This document shows positions 1 to 7,718 of a stretch of 64,000 nucleotides of DNA, in pieces (the first letter of the stretch is position 1; every line of letters starts with the position of its first letter). A model generated the notes under the pieces. It saw only the letters and a list, made by a program, of their open reading frames with translations. It ran no database searches and was not told the origin of the DNA. The DNA lies in the NCBI GenBank assembly GCA_023446865.1, contig JAEXPL010000115.1, forward strand, positions 584 to 64,583. Direction: 5' to 3'. The position numbers and the translations under genes are program-made. This DNA comes from Verrucomicrobiota bacterium. Lineage in GTDB: Bacteria; Verrucomicrobiota; Verrucomicrobiia; Opitutales; Opitutaceae.

Positions 1-800
1 GGTATGTCGATCTGGACAAGATGCTCTTCGGTTTCCAACGCCAGGAGATGATCGTCCTCGCCGCCCGCCCGTCCATGGGCAAGACCAGCCTGGCGCTCAA
101 CATCGCGGAGGCCGCAGCCATGCCCCGCGACCCGCGCAAGACACCGCCGGTGGGGGTCATGCTCTTCAGCTTGGAGATGGGCTCCTCTCAGATCGCCCTG
201 CGCATGCTCTGCTCCCACGCCCGGGTGAACATGCAGCGCCTGCGGGATGGGTTCGTCGCCCGCGACGGCGAGGAGACCTCCCGGCTCGGGAAGTCCGCCG
301 AGGCGCTCAAGAACGCCCCGATCATGATCGACGACTCCAGCAACCTCTCGATCATGGAGTTGCGCGCCAAGGCCCGCCGGGTCGCCCAGCGCATGCGCGA
401 CAAGGGCGGCCTCGGCCTGGTCATGGTCGATTACCTCCAGCTCGTCTCAGGCACCGATCCCCGCGCCAACCGCGAGCAGCAGGTCGCGGAGATTTCACGA
501 GGGCTCAAGGGCATGGCCAAGGAGCTCAACGTGCCCGTGATCGTGCTCAGCCAGCTCAACCGCGCCTCCGAGAAGGAGAACCGCGTCCCTCGTCTCTCCG
601 ACCTTCGCGAGTCAGGATCCATCGAACAGGATGCCGACGTCGTGCTGATGCTCGCCCGGCCGAAGGACGCCGACGAACGCTTCCAGACCGCGGCCGACGC
701 CGCGGATCTGATCGTTGCCAAGCAGCGCAACGGCCCCGTCGGCGAGATCAAGCTCACCTTCCTCAAGGACATCACCCGGTTCGAGAATCACGTCGCATGA
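1..800 (+). CDS. dnaB: Replicative DNA helicase DnaB, C-terminal RecA-like ATPase domain (5' partial; frame open to the window edge)
   Basis: Walker [14 protein letters not shown], Walker [10 protein letters not shown], and the SQLNR and [13 protein letters not shown] blocks typical of DnaB. No stop between nt 3 and 800. Confidence 0.9.
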   Translation, partial: YVDLDKMLFGFQRQEMIVLAARPSMGKTSLALNIAEAAAMPRDPRKTPPVGVMLFSLEMGSSQIALRMLCSHARVNMQRLRDGFVARDGEETSRLGKSAEALKNAPIMIDDSSNLSIMELRAKARRVAQRMRDKGGLGLVMVDYLQLVSGTDPRANREQQVAEISRGLKGMAKELNVPVIVLSQLNRASEKENRVPRLSDLRESGSIEQDADVVLMLARPKDADERFQTAADAADLIVAKQRNGPVGEIKLTFLKDITRFENHVA

Positions 801-1246
801 CCACTTCCCGCCCTTACGGCTTCACCCGCGGCGAGCTCGCGGCCGTCCTATGCATTCTGGCCGTCGTGGCATGGGGGGTAGTTCGGTTCATCCTCCCCTC
901 TTGTGGACCTTGTGAGGTCTGCGCCAGGGTCAACGCGAAGGGCGGATTGAATATGGCGCACCAAGCGAACGCCTACCTTGCCGTGCTCCAATCCTGCAAT
1001 CCCTTCACTATCGAGCCCGGTCCCGCCGCATGGGACCCCGACAAGCGGGTTCTCCATATCCCGCTGACCCCAGTCGCCAAGTCGGCCCACGAAATCCTCG
1101 CCGTCGCTCCGCGGATCGCACGCTCGGCGCAAGGAGCCGAAGTTGCGATCCACCTCTCCGACCTGCCGGAAGAGTTCACCCAACCTGGCGTTTTGCTCTA
1201 CACGTATTCTGGAAGCGGGCTACCTACTATCCTCCCATCCCGTTAA
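797..1246 (+). CDS. Hypothetical protein with a prepilin-like N-terminus
   Basis: ATGA overlap with the dnaB stop. N-terminus [22 protein letters not shown] resembles a type IV pilin signal (G|FTxxE followed by a hydrophobic helix). Confidence 0.5.
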   Translation: MTTSRPYGFTRGELAAVLCILAVVAWGVVRFILPSCGPCEVCARVNAKGGLNMAHQANAYLAVLQSCNPFTIEPGPAAWDPDKRVLHIPLTPVAKSAHEILAVAPRIARSAQGAEVAIHLSDLPEEFTQPGVLLYTYSGSGLPTILPSR

Positions 1247-1382
1247 CCCCTCATCCTCTTAGGTGGTTGGATTCTCCGGCTCTTCGCTCCTCATCCTCTC
1301 GGGTTATTCGGCTTTCCGCCTATTGGCCTATTATTTGTAAGTACTTGCGTCCGTTCATGTTTTGGCGGTATTTCGCCATACG

Positions 1383-2096
1383 ATGGCTGCCGGCGTCCAC
1401 TCCCAAGACCGTTGGAACCAGCTCCGCGCGGCGGGGCTCCTTCCTGGCGTCGCCTCCCTCGCCGACTACACCGAGAAGACCTCCGCCGGCCTGGCGGCGG
1501 CGCAGTGGCTCGCACAGGAGCTTTGCGGCACCACCCCGCCCGACCCCGCCCTGATCCGGGACATCCACCGCGTCGCTTTCGCGGAGGTCGTCCCCTTCGC
1601 CGGCGAGTTCCGCAAGGACAATGGCGTCATGATCGGAGGCTACCCAGGGGCCGACACCTCCCGGATCAGCTACGAAATCGCCCTCTTGAACCGCCAGTAC
1701 AGCGATATGCTGGCCGACGACCACACCCCGGCCGGGTGTGCCGCGGCCGTGGCGTTCTATCACATCCGGCTGATGCGGATCCACCCCTTCCGTGACGGCA
1801 ACGGCCGCACGGGTCGCGTTCTCCTAGCCGCCCAGTGCGACGCCCTGTTCACCAACGGCGCCGGCGAGCAGGTGATGGCCGCGCTGGCGGCCGACAAGCC
1901 CGCCTACTATGAGGCGCTCCGGTCCGCCAACCGGCTGAATCTCGCCCCCTTGGCCGCAATCGTCACCCAAGCGCTCGGCATGGAGGGATCCCGCGAGGCC
2001 CAGAGCCCGTTCAGGGTCGCCCCCATCTTCCAAGCCAGTTACGGCGCCGAGGACCTCGACGCCGATCTGTCGGCAACTCGCACCTTGTCGCCTTAA
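1383..2096 (+). CDS. Fic/DOC family protein with a canonical AMPylation-type active-site motif
   Basis: HPFRDGNGRTGR matches HxFx(D/E)GNGRxxR. The ORF-track start at 1362 is TTG; the first ATG is at 1383. Confidence 0.85.
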   Translation: MAAGVHSQDRWNQLRAAGLLPGVASLADYTEKTSAGLAAAQWLAQELCGTTPPDPALIRDIHRVAFAEVVPFAGEFRKDNGVMIGGYPGADTSRISYEIALLNRQYSDMLADDHTPAGCAAAVAFYHIRLMRIHPFRDGNGRTGRVLLAAQCDALFTNGAGEQVMAALAADKPAYYEALRSANRLNLAPLAAIVTQALGMEGSREAQSPFRVAPIFQASYGAEDLDADLSATRTLSP

Positions 2097-2161
2097 CATC
2101 TCGTTCCCTTGTTCGGTTCTCTTCCTCTTTTCCTGTTGCCTTATTAGGTTATTAGGTCATT

Positions 2162-2434
2162 GTGCCCAGTATGCAACCGCTCCCTTCTCCGTCAGCCACA
2201 CCCGAGATTCCCGCTCGGCCGGCGCCGCGGCGCGGGCTCCAGTTCCGTCATGCGACCTGGTGGGGTGAGGACAATCGTCCGCTCCTCTGTGAAGTAACGG
2301 CCGTCCGCCACGACAGCGTCTACTACCACCCTGTGCACGACGGCCGGCGGTCCACTCGCGGGGGGATGACTTGCCCGGTCACAGACTTTCCCGCGCGGGT
2401 AGGGGAGTACGTCACGCCACACACAACCTCTTAA
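2162..2434 (+). CDS. Hypothetical protein
   Basis: 90-aa ORF (GTG 2162 or ATG 2171) directly after the promoter-like TTATTAGGTTATTAGGT box. Composition is protein-like. Confidence 0.35.
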   Translation: MPSMQPLPSPSATPEIPARPAPRRGLQFRHATWWGEDNRPLLCEVTAVRHDSVYYHPVHDGRRSTRGGMTCPVTDFPARVGEYVTPHTTS

Positions 2435-2448
2435 CCTCTTTTCCTCTT

Positions 2449-2652
2449 ATGTCCTTTCCTTCTCTTCCCCGTAACGCGCCATCCTCACAACATATCGGGG
2501 CGCCGACGAGTCCGACGCCGTTCCTGCGCACGGCCGTCCTCAACAACGAGATCGAGGGCTTCCCTGGCGCCACTCCCGGCCCTGCCGCCCAGTCCTCCGC
2601 CAACGCGCGAGCCTCGCAAGTTCTGGCCCGGCGTAAGAAGCCCTCACGTTAA
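2449..2652 (+). CDS. Hypothetical small protein
   Basis: ATG at 2449 within ORF 2371..2652, preceded by a CT-rich leader. Weak support only. Confidence 0.25.
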   Translation: MSFPSLPRNAPSSQHIGAPTSPTPFLRTAVLNNEIEGFPGATPGPAAQSSANARASQVLARRKKPSR

Positions 2653-2774
2653 TCCCTTCTTAACCTCTTAGGCTCCTTTCATGTGAGCCTCATGGGGTGG
2701 CTGGGGATTCTCTGTTTTTCCGTTTGCGAAATGTGTTTGACTTGTCATTCAGTTTTCGGCGCCTTGTTCTCACC

Positions 2775-3155
2775 ATGCCTCCGATGATTTCTCCTCTCAG
2801 CCTCAGCCGCTCTCTCCAACGGAAGACCATGCGGCCAACCGGGAAAAATGGGCGACCGTTCAGCGTGGTTTCCCCGGAGCTCGCGCACACCTTCCGCCTG
2901 CTCTACTGCGACGGGAAGGGGATGCCCATCGCGCAGATCGCTCGCCGGCACAATGTCACCCCGGCTCTCGTCCATTACCACGTCCACCGCGGCAAGGACC
3001 ACCCCGTCCCAGCCTGGCTGGCTCACGTCGAGGCCGCCGTCTCCAGATTCTGCGACGGCAACGTTCAGGCCGCCAGCGAATGCCTTTCCGCCGCGGCCAC
3101 GGCCGTACTTCACCCGCAGGTACCGACCGCCCCGGGGCAACTCTCGATGATCTGA
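2775..3155 (+). CDS. Hypothetical small protein, possible helix-turn-helix
   Basis: ATG 2775 lies 28 nt downstream of the AATGTGTTTGACTTGTCA box (2730-2747), so the longer ORF start at 2697 is unlikely. MPIAQIARRHNVTPALVHYHV looks HTH-like. Confidence 0.45.
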   Translation: MPPMISPLSLSRSLQRKTMRPTGKNGRPFSVVSPELAHTFRLLYCDGKGMPIAQIARRHNVTPALVHYHVHRGKDHPVPAWLAHVEAAVSRFCDGNVQAASECLSAAATAVLHPQVPTAPGQLSMI

Positions 3156-3201
3156 CCTTCATCGGAATGCCGCATCCCAACCGCAGTACCACCTCGCTCC
3201 T

Positions 3202-3495
3202 ATGATCGCCGAAATCCTCCAAGCCCCCTCGGGAGCCTGTCTGCATCACCCCCGCCTCCAACGCTGCGGCACACGGATCGACGGCATCAGCGACATGGCC
3301 GGCCGATCCGGCAAGCAGTTCATCGTCCGCCAGGCGTTCGATGGCCAGTGGTGGCTGACCGCCGAGAACTGGGTCATCGAAGTTGCCGACTCGCTCTCCG
3401 ATCTTCTCACCCAGCACGGCGCCAGGGCCGGAATTTCCCCCGAGCTCTGCGCCGCCATCATGCAGGAAGTGCCGTCCAGCAGTCTCGCCACTTGA
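3202..3495 (+). CDS. Hypothetical protein
   Basis: 97-aa ORF on the same strand as its neighbours, with high GC3. Confidence 0.4.
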   Translation: MIAEILQAPSGACLHHPRLQRCGTRIDGISDMAGRSGKQFIVRQAFDGQWWLTAENWVIEVADSLSDLLTQHGARAGISPELCAAIMQEVPSSSLAT

Positions 3496-3511
3496 AGGGA
3501 TACCAGCGCCC

Positions 3512-4084
3512 ATGTTCCCTCGAATCGCAACAGATCCGATCAACCTCGAAGCGAGTCGTCTGCTCAGTCGCAAGGACGGCGCACCAGACCCGGAGAAGAT
3601 CCAGCAACTCATTACCGCCATCTCCGCGAAAATCGCGGAATGTGACACCGCGATCACTTCGATCTCCACGCAGATCGACCGAAGAGGGGAGGATGACGCC
3701 AATTGGGCTCGCGCTGCTCGTTTGGCGAGGGTCGGGTACATCAAACAACGCCAGTCGCTTCGCAAAACCCTCGCCACAGCTCGGGAGGGGATGGTCACGA
3801 TCCGCCGGGCTATCGAGACAAAGGCCAAGAACGAGCGACTCAAACTCCAGGCGACGACGGCGCTCCAGATGCGAGCGCTGAATCTCCGTGAGAAGACAGC
3901 TAAGTTTGCAATTCAGGTCGATGCCGAGACCGAACAGCGCCGCCGATTCGCAATCTGCTTCCGGCGAGCATGCAGGGAGATCGTAGGGGAGGATGTGTTC
4001 CAATCCATCGTCGCGCGGGCAGATCAACTACAGAAACTCTCTTCAACCTCTCCGTCAGAGAGCAACCCCGCGATCACCCCCTAG
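3512..4084 (+). CDS. Hypothetical coiled-coil protein (ends SESNPAITP)
   Basis: ATG 3512 within ORF 3383..4084. Long heptad-like, charged, helical sequence. Confidence 0.5.
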   Translation: MFPRIATDPINLEASRLLSRKDGAPDPEKIQQLITAISAKIAECDTAITSISTQIDRRGEDDANWARAARLARVGYIKQRQSLRKTLATAREGMVTIRRAIETKAKNERLKLQATTALQMRALNLREKTAKFAIQVDAETEQRRRFAICFRRACREIVGEDVFQSIVARADQLQKLSSTSPSESNPAITP

Positions 4085-4128
4085 TTTCACTGAATCCGGC
4101 GATTCCTAACCCTCCTCACATCACCATC

Positions 4129-5091
4129 ATGCTTGGTCCCATCGAGAACCTCGAAGCCTACCTCAACGCGAACATCATCGGCCAGGCGGAAGCCGCGCGC
4201 TCAATCGACACCGTCATCAAGCGCACATTCCCAGCCGAGGGAAAGCCGAGCCTCTCGAAGGCCGGGCGCCCCTACGGGACTTTCCTCTTCCTCGGGCCAA
4301 CCGGCACCGGCAAGACCGAGATCACCCGTTGCGCCTGTCGCTACCTCTTCAGTGAACCGGACGCCCATGAGGACTCCACCGCGTGGGAGGGGCGATTCTT
4401 CCGTTTCGACATGTCAGAATACCAGCTCCAAGAGAGCGTCCGCATTCTGCTCGGGGAGAGTCGAGCGCAACAGGGCCTGCTCGGCGACGCCATCGACCGC
4501 GGGAACGAAGCTGGGGGAGGAGTGCTACTCTTCGATGAGATCGAGAAGGCGCATCCCCAGGTGCTGAAGCTCTTCCTCGGCCTCAACGACGCCGCCCGCG
4601 TCACCATGACCACCGGGGAGACCAAATGCGCCGACCGTTTCTACCTCGTCAGCACCTCGAACCTGGGCTCCGCTCAGGCCATCCAGATGGACGCGTCGTT
4701 CTACGCGTCGATGAAGCGGCATGTGCTGCAAACCGCTCGCAAACACCTCTCGCCCGAAGTCTTCGCCCGCATGGGCGAGAAGATCGTCTTCAACAAGCTC
4801 TCCTACGAGAACCAGCTCACGATCTGCCGAAACATGCTCGCCAACGAGCTGCGCCACATCGGGCGCAAGATCCGCCGCAACATCACTGCAACGGAGGATG
4901 TCTTCAAAGTCCTGGTGAAACTCGGCTTCGACAAGTACCTCGGCGCACGCCCCATGCGCGACGCCATCGAACGCGCCATCGGCAACGTCGTCGCCGATTG
5001 GATGCTCGCGAACAAGAACTGGCAGGCGGGGAACAGCCCCTTGGTGATCGAAGTTGCCGCCGAGAACCTCGTCATCCGCGAGCTCCAATAA
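4129..5091 (+). CDS. Clp/Hsp100-type AAA+ ATPase, single D2-like module
   Basis: IIGQAEAARSI, Walker A FLGPTGTGKTE, Walker B LLFDEIEKAHPQV, D2-small-domain signature GARPMRDAIERAIG. ATG 4129 within ORF 3970..5091. Confidence 0.8.
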   Translation: MLGPIENLEAYLNANIIGQAEAARSIDTVIKRTFPAEGKPSLSKAGRPYGTFLFLGPTGTGKTEITRCACRYLFSEPDAHEDSTAWEGRFFRFDMSEYQLQESVRILLGESRAQQGLLGDAIDRGNEAGGGVLLFDEIEKAHPQVLKLFLGLNDAARVTMTTGETKCADRFYLVSTSNLGSAQAIQMDASFYASMKRHVLQTARKHLSPEVFARMGEKIVFNKLSYENQLTICRNMLANELRHIGRKIRRNITATEDVFKVLVKLGFDKYLGARPMRDAIERAIGNVVADWMLANKNWQAGNSPLVIEVAAENLVIRELQ

Positions 5092-5126
5092 GTTGCGCGC
5101 TCGCAACCTCCGCACCTCTTAACTTC

Positions 5127-5489
5127 ATGGCCTTAGAACCAACCACGACCGGAGCGGCAACAGCCGCACAGAAGCCCAAGCCTCCGAAGCCGGTCTACTC
5201 GACCGCACAAGAGCGGCTCCCGTACCTCGACGTCGAATGGAAGGACCGGTTCCTCCAGATCCAATACACCGCCGTCATCGACATCACCTACAACGACTAC
5301 GTCTTCACGATCACCACCACCCGCTACGTCATCACTCTGCGCATCTCCCCGGCGGAGAAAACCTTCGACGTCGCGAAATTCCGCACGGATTTCCAGTCCG
5401 GCCGCGTGACCCACATCCGCCCGAACGAATCCTTCGGTGCCACCGTCACCGTCAAAGAAATCACCAAGAACGGGCTGCGCGAGCTCTGA
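5127..5489 (+). CDS. Hypothetical protein
   Basis: ATG 5127 (MALEPTT...) within ORF 4626..5489. The C-terminal part is beta-rich. Confidence 0.45.
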   Translation: MALEPTTTGAATAAQKPKPPKPVYSTAQERLPYLDVEWKDRFLQIQYTAVIDITYNDYVFTITTTRYVITLRISPAEKTFDVAKFRTDFQSGRVTHIRPNESFGATVTVKEITKNGLREL

Positions 5490-5494
5490 CAGCG

Positions 5495-6337
5495 ATGAGA
5501 ACCTCCCTGGTCGATTCCATGCAGCGCGGTCCCCGGCGGGAGTATGACCAATTCATGACGCCCCTCTGGGCCGCTGAGGCGATGGTCGCGGACGCCCTTG
5601 AAGAGGTACCGAAGGGCAGGGGAGTGCTGGATTTCGGCACCGGGGAGGGCGCTTTCCTGGCCTCCATCCCGGCGGACTACCGCGCCGCCGGCATCGAGAT
5701 CGACCCGTTGATGGCAGCTCGCTCCCAGACCCACTCCGGCCGCCCCGTCGTGGTGGGGGACTTCCGGACGTGCCCATTGCCGTTCCCTCCCGATGTTGTG
5801 GTGGGGAATCCGCCTTTCGCCCGAGCTCTCGTTGACGCACTCCTCCGGCGTATCCATCCGCTACTTCCTTCCGACGGACTCGCCTGTCTACTGCTCCCGG
5901 CGGCGCACTTCCAAGTCAGCCGCTCGGTGATGAGTTGGCACGAGCTGTACTCCATCGAACAGCGGTTTCTCCCCCGCGACCTGTTTCCCAATCTGAGCAT
6001 CCCCTTGTGCTGGGCGAAATTCCGACGCGCCAACACCCGCACGCTCGTCGGTTTCTTCCTCTACGAGTCCCAGGCGGAGGTGCGCGATCTCTCCAAGGAT
6101 GCGCGGCTCCTCCTCGTCCGCGGCCGAGAAGGTCGCAGAGGCGCCTGGCGGGCAGTCGCCAGCGCAGCCCTCGAACAGGCCGGAGGTGAGGCGTCCCTCT
6201 CCGCAATCTATGCCTTTGTCGAAGGACGCCGCCCCCACCACGGCAACAAGCATTGGAAGGAGCAGATCCGGAAAGTGCTCCGCCGGTGTTCCGACTTTAT
6301 CCCTACAGGCGAGGCCCGCTATCGGCTCGCCGCGTGA
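5495..6337 (+). CDS. N6-adenine DNA methyltransferase (gamma-class motif order) with a C-terminal wHTH-like domain
   Basis: Motif I VLDFGTGEGAF lies upstream of motif IV GNPPF. ATG 5495 within ORF 5237..6337. No adjacent nuclease gene. Confidence 0.8.
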   Translation: MRTSLVDSMQRGPRREYDQFMTPLWAAEAMVADALEEVPKGRGVLDFGTGEGAFLASIPADYRAAGIEIDPLMAARSQTHSGRPVVVGDFRTCPLPFPPDVVVGNPPFARALVDALLRRIHPLLPSDGLACLLLPAAHFQVSRSVMSWHELYSIEQRFLPRDLFPNLSIPLCWAKFRRANTRTLVGFFLYESQAEVRDLSKDARLLLVRGREGRRGAWRAVASAALEQAGGEASLSAIYAFVEGRRPHHGNKHWKEQIRKVLRRCSDFIPTGEARYRLAA

Positions 6338-6358
6338 AAGACCAACCAGTGTACCGCC

Positions 6359-7051
6359 ATGCTCCTCTCCCCGGCCCCCGAACTTACACTTGATGACGTC
6401 GGAAGTCTCTCCGACCCGCTGATGAGATTCCTCCACTCTCTCAGCCTGCAAGCGCCGTCACGGGCGCGCAAGGCGCTCTCGAACCAATTGCCCCCGGAGA
6501 CACGCGCGGGGTCCCATTTCGGCTCCGCCTTGCGGACCTTCGCCATCTCCGACGTGTTGCGACGGATCGCCGACGCGCATGCGAGATCGTCACAGCGGTC
6601 CCATGCTCCCGCGGGCACCATCCCTCTTCTACGGTGGATCAGCTCCGAATGTGCCCAGTTTTGCGAGGGCTCCGTCCGGGGCTCGGACATCCACACTGCA
6701 CACCACCTCTCCCGTGCACTCATCCTCGGCAACGACATCACTTTCGGGCCAAATCGCCGTTGGGATTTCGGTCCCGAGGTCGATCCGCTCGGTAGCATGG
6801 TTGCGAACACGGCCTGCGATGCCAATTCCGAGCTCGCCGCTTGGCTCGCAGTCAACACCGCGGAGTTGCTCCATGTTCTCGCCGCCATGCTCGCCACCGC
6901 ATACCGCGCCGAGATCGCCCGCCTGCCATTCATCTACCGCCACATCGCGCACTGGCGCCGGAATGACGTCGAACTGCCATGGGAGCGCAACCTAACGGTC
7001 CCTCTCTCCTCATTCTTCAACACCGCCGGCGTTGTCCGGTTCCCCCTATGA
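6359..7051 (+). CDS. Hypothetical protein
   Basis: 230-aa ORF with high GC3 and a stop that overlaps the next start. Confidence 0.45.
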   Translation: MLLSPAPELTLDDVGSLSDPLMRFLHSLSLQAPSRARKALSNQLPPETRAGSHFGSALRTFAISDVLRRIADAHARSSQRSHAPAGTIPLLRWISSECAQFCEGSVRGSDIHTAHHLSRALILGNDITFGPNRRWDFGPEVDPLGSMVANTACDANSELAAWLAVNTAELLHVLAAMLATAYRAEIARLPFIYRHIAHWRRNDVELPWERNLTVPLSSFFNTAGVVRFPL

Positions 7052-7341
7052 GATTTCCACGTGGCCTTGCCGGCGGCGGCGAGTTTCTCGCGCCCTTCCG
7101 TCCCGTCCCCGTTGCAGCCGCCCAGGTCTGGCGCAAGTGCGGCCCCGTGGATGCGCTCAAGATCGAGCGTGTCGTGATGCGCGAGCACCTCGGCTACGAC
7201 GACGGCTTGCCCGGCGTCGTCTGCCGTTTCTCCCACATGGTGGGCGGCTCCCTGCGCTGGAGCCGTCGGTTCTTCTTCCCCGCGCGTGACGAAGCTGACT
7301 TCCATCGCCTCATGCGTGAATCCGGCCGCGCCCTCTGCTGA
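7048..7341 (+). CDS. Hypothetical protein
   Basis: ATG 7048 forms an ATGA overlap with the upstream stop (ORF 6979..7341 frame). Confidence 0.4.
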   Translation: MRFPRGLAGGGEFLAPFRPVPVAAAQVWRKCGPVDALKIERVVMREHLGYDDGLPGVVCRFSHMVGGSLRWSRRFFFPARDEADFHRLMRESGRALC

Positions 7342-7349
7342 CTCTTCCC

Positions 7350-7595
7350 ATGGACTTCACCGAATCCTGCCGTCAACTACAAGAGAGCATCCGTGCGTCC
7401 TGCCGCCAACTCGGGGCGAGTTTCAAGTTCGTCTCCGTCGAGGCATTCCCCGACCGGAGCATGATCATCCACGCCATGCCCATCGGAGGATGGGATCGTG
7501 GTGAAACGCCCCAGGACCGGATCGCCGCAGTGATCGGGGAGGCGGGCCTCGCCGACGTCCCGTGCGAAGTGCGGCTGTACCCGCTCGGCGTATAG
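7350..7595 (+). CDS. Hypothetical protein; its TAG stop is in frame with the next ORF
   Basis: 81-aa ORF. TAG at 7593-7595 is followed by 41 open, high-GC3 codons in the same frame, leading into ORF 7719..8543. Confidence 0.45.
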   Translation: MDFTESCRQLQESIRASCRQLGASFKFVSVEAFPDRSMIIHAMPIGGWDRGETPQDRIAAVIGEAGLADVPCEVRLYPLGV

Positions 7596-7718
7596 CCCCG
7601 GCCGCTGGAGGACTCCTCCTTCGAGCGCTTCCCCATCCTGATCGCCCGCCGCACTCCGGAAGGCGGGATCTTCGGAGTATGGGGTTGGGAACTGCGGAGC
7701 GGATCTATCGAAGAGGCT

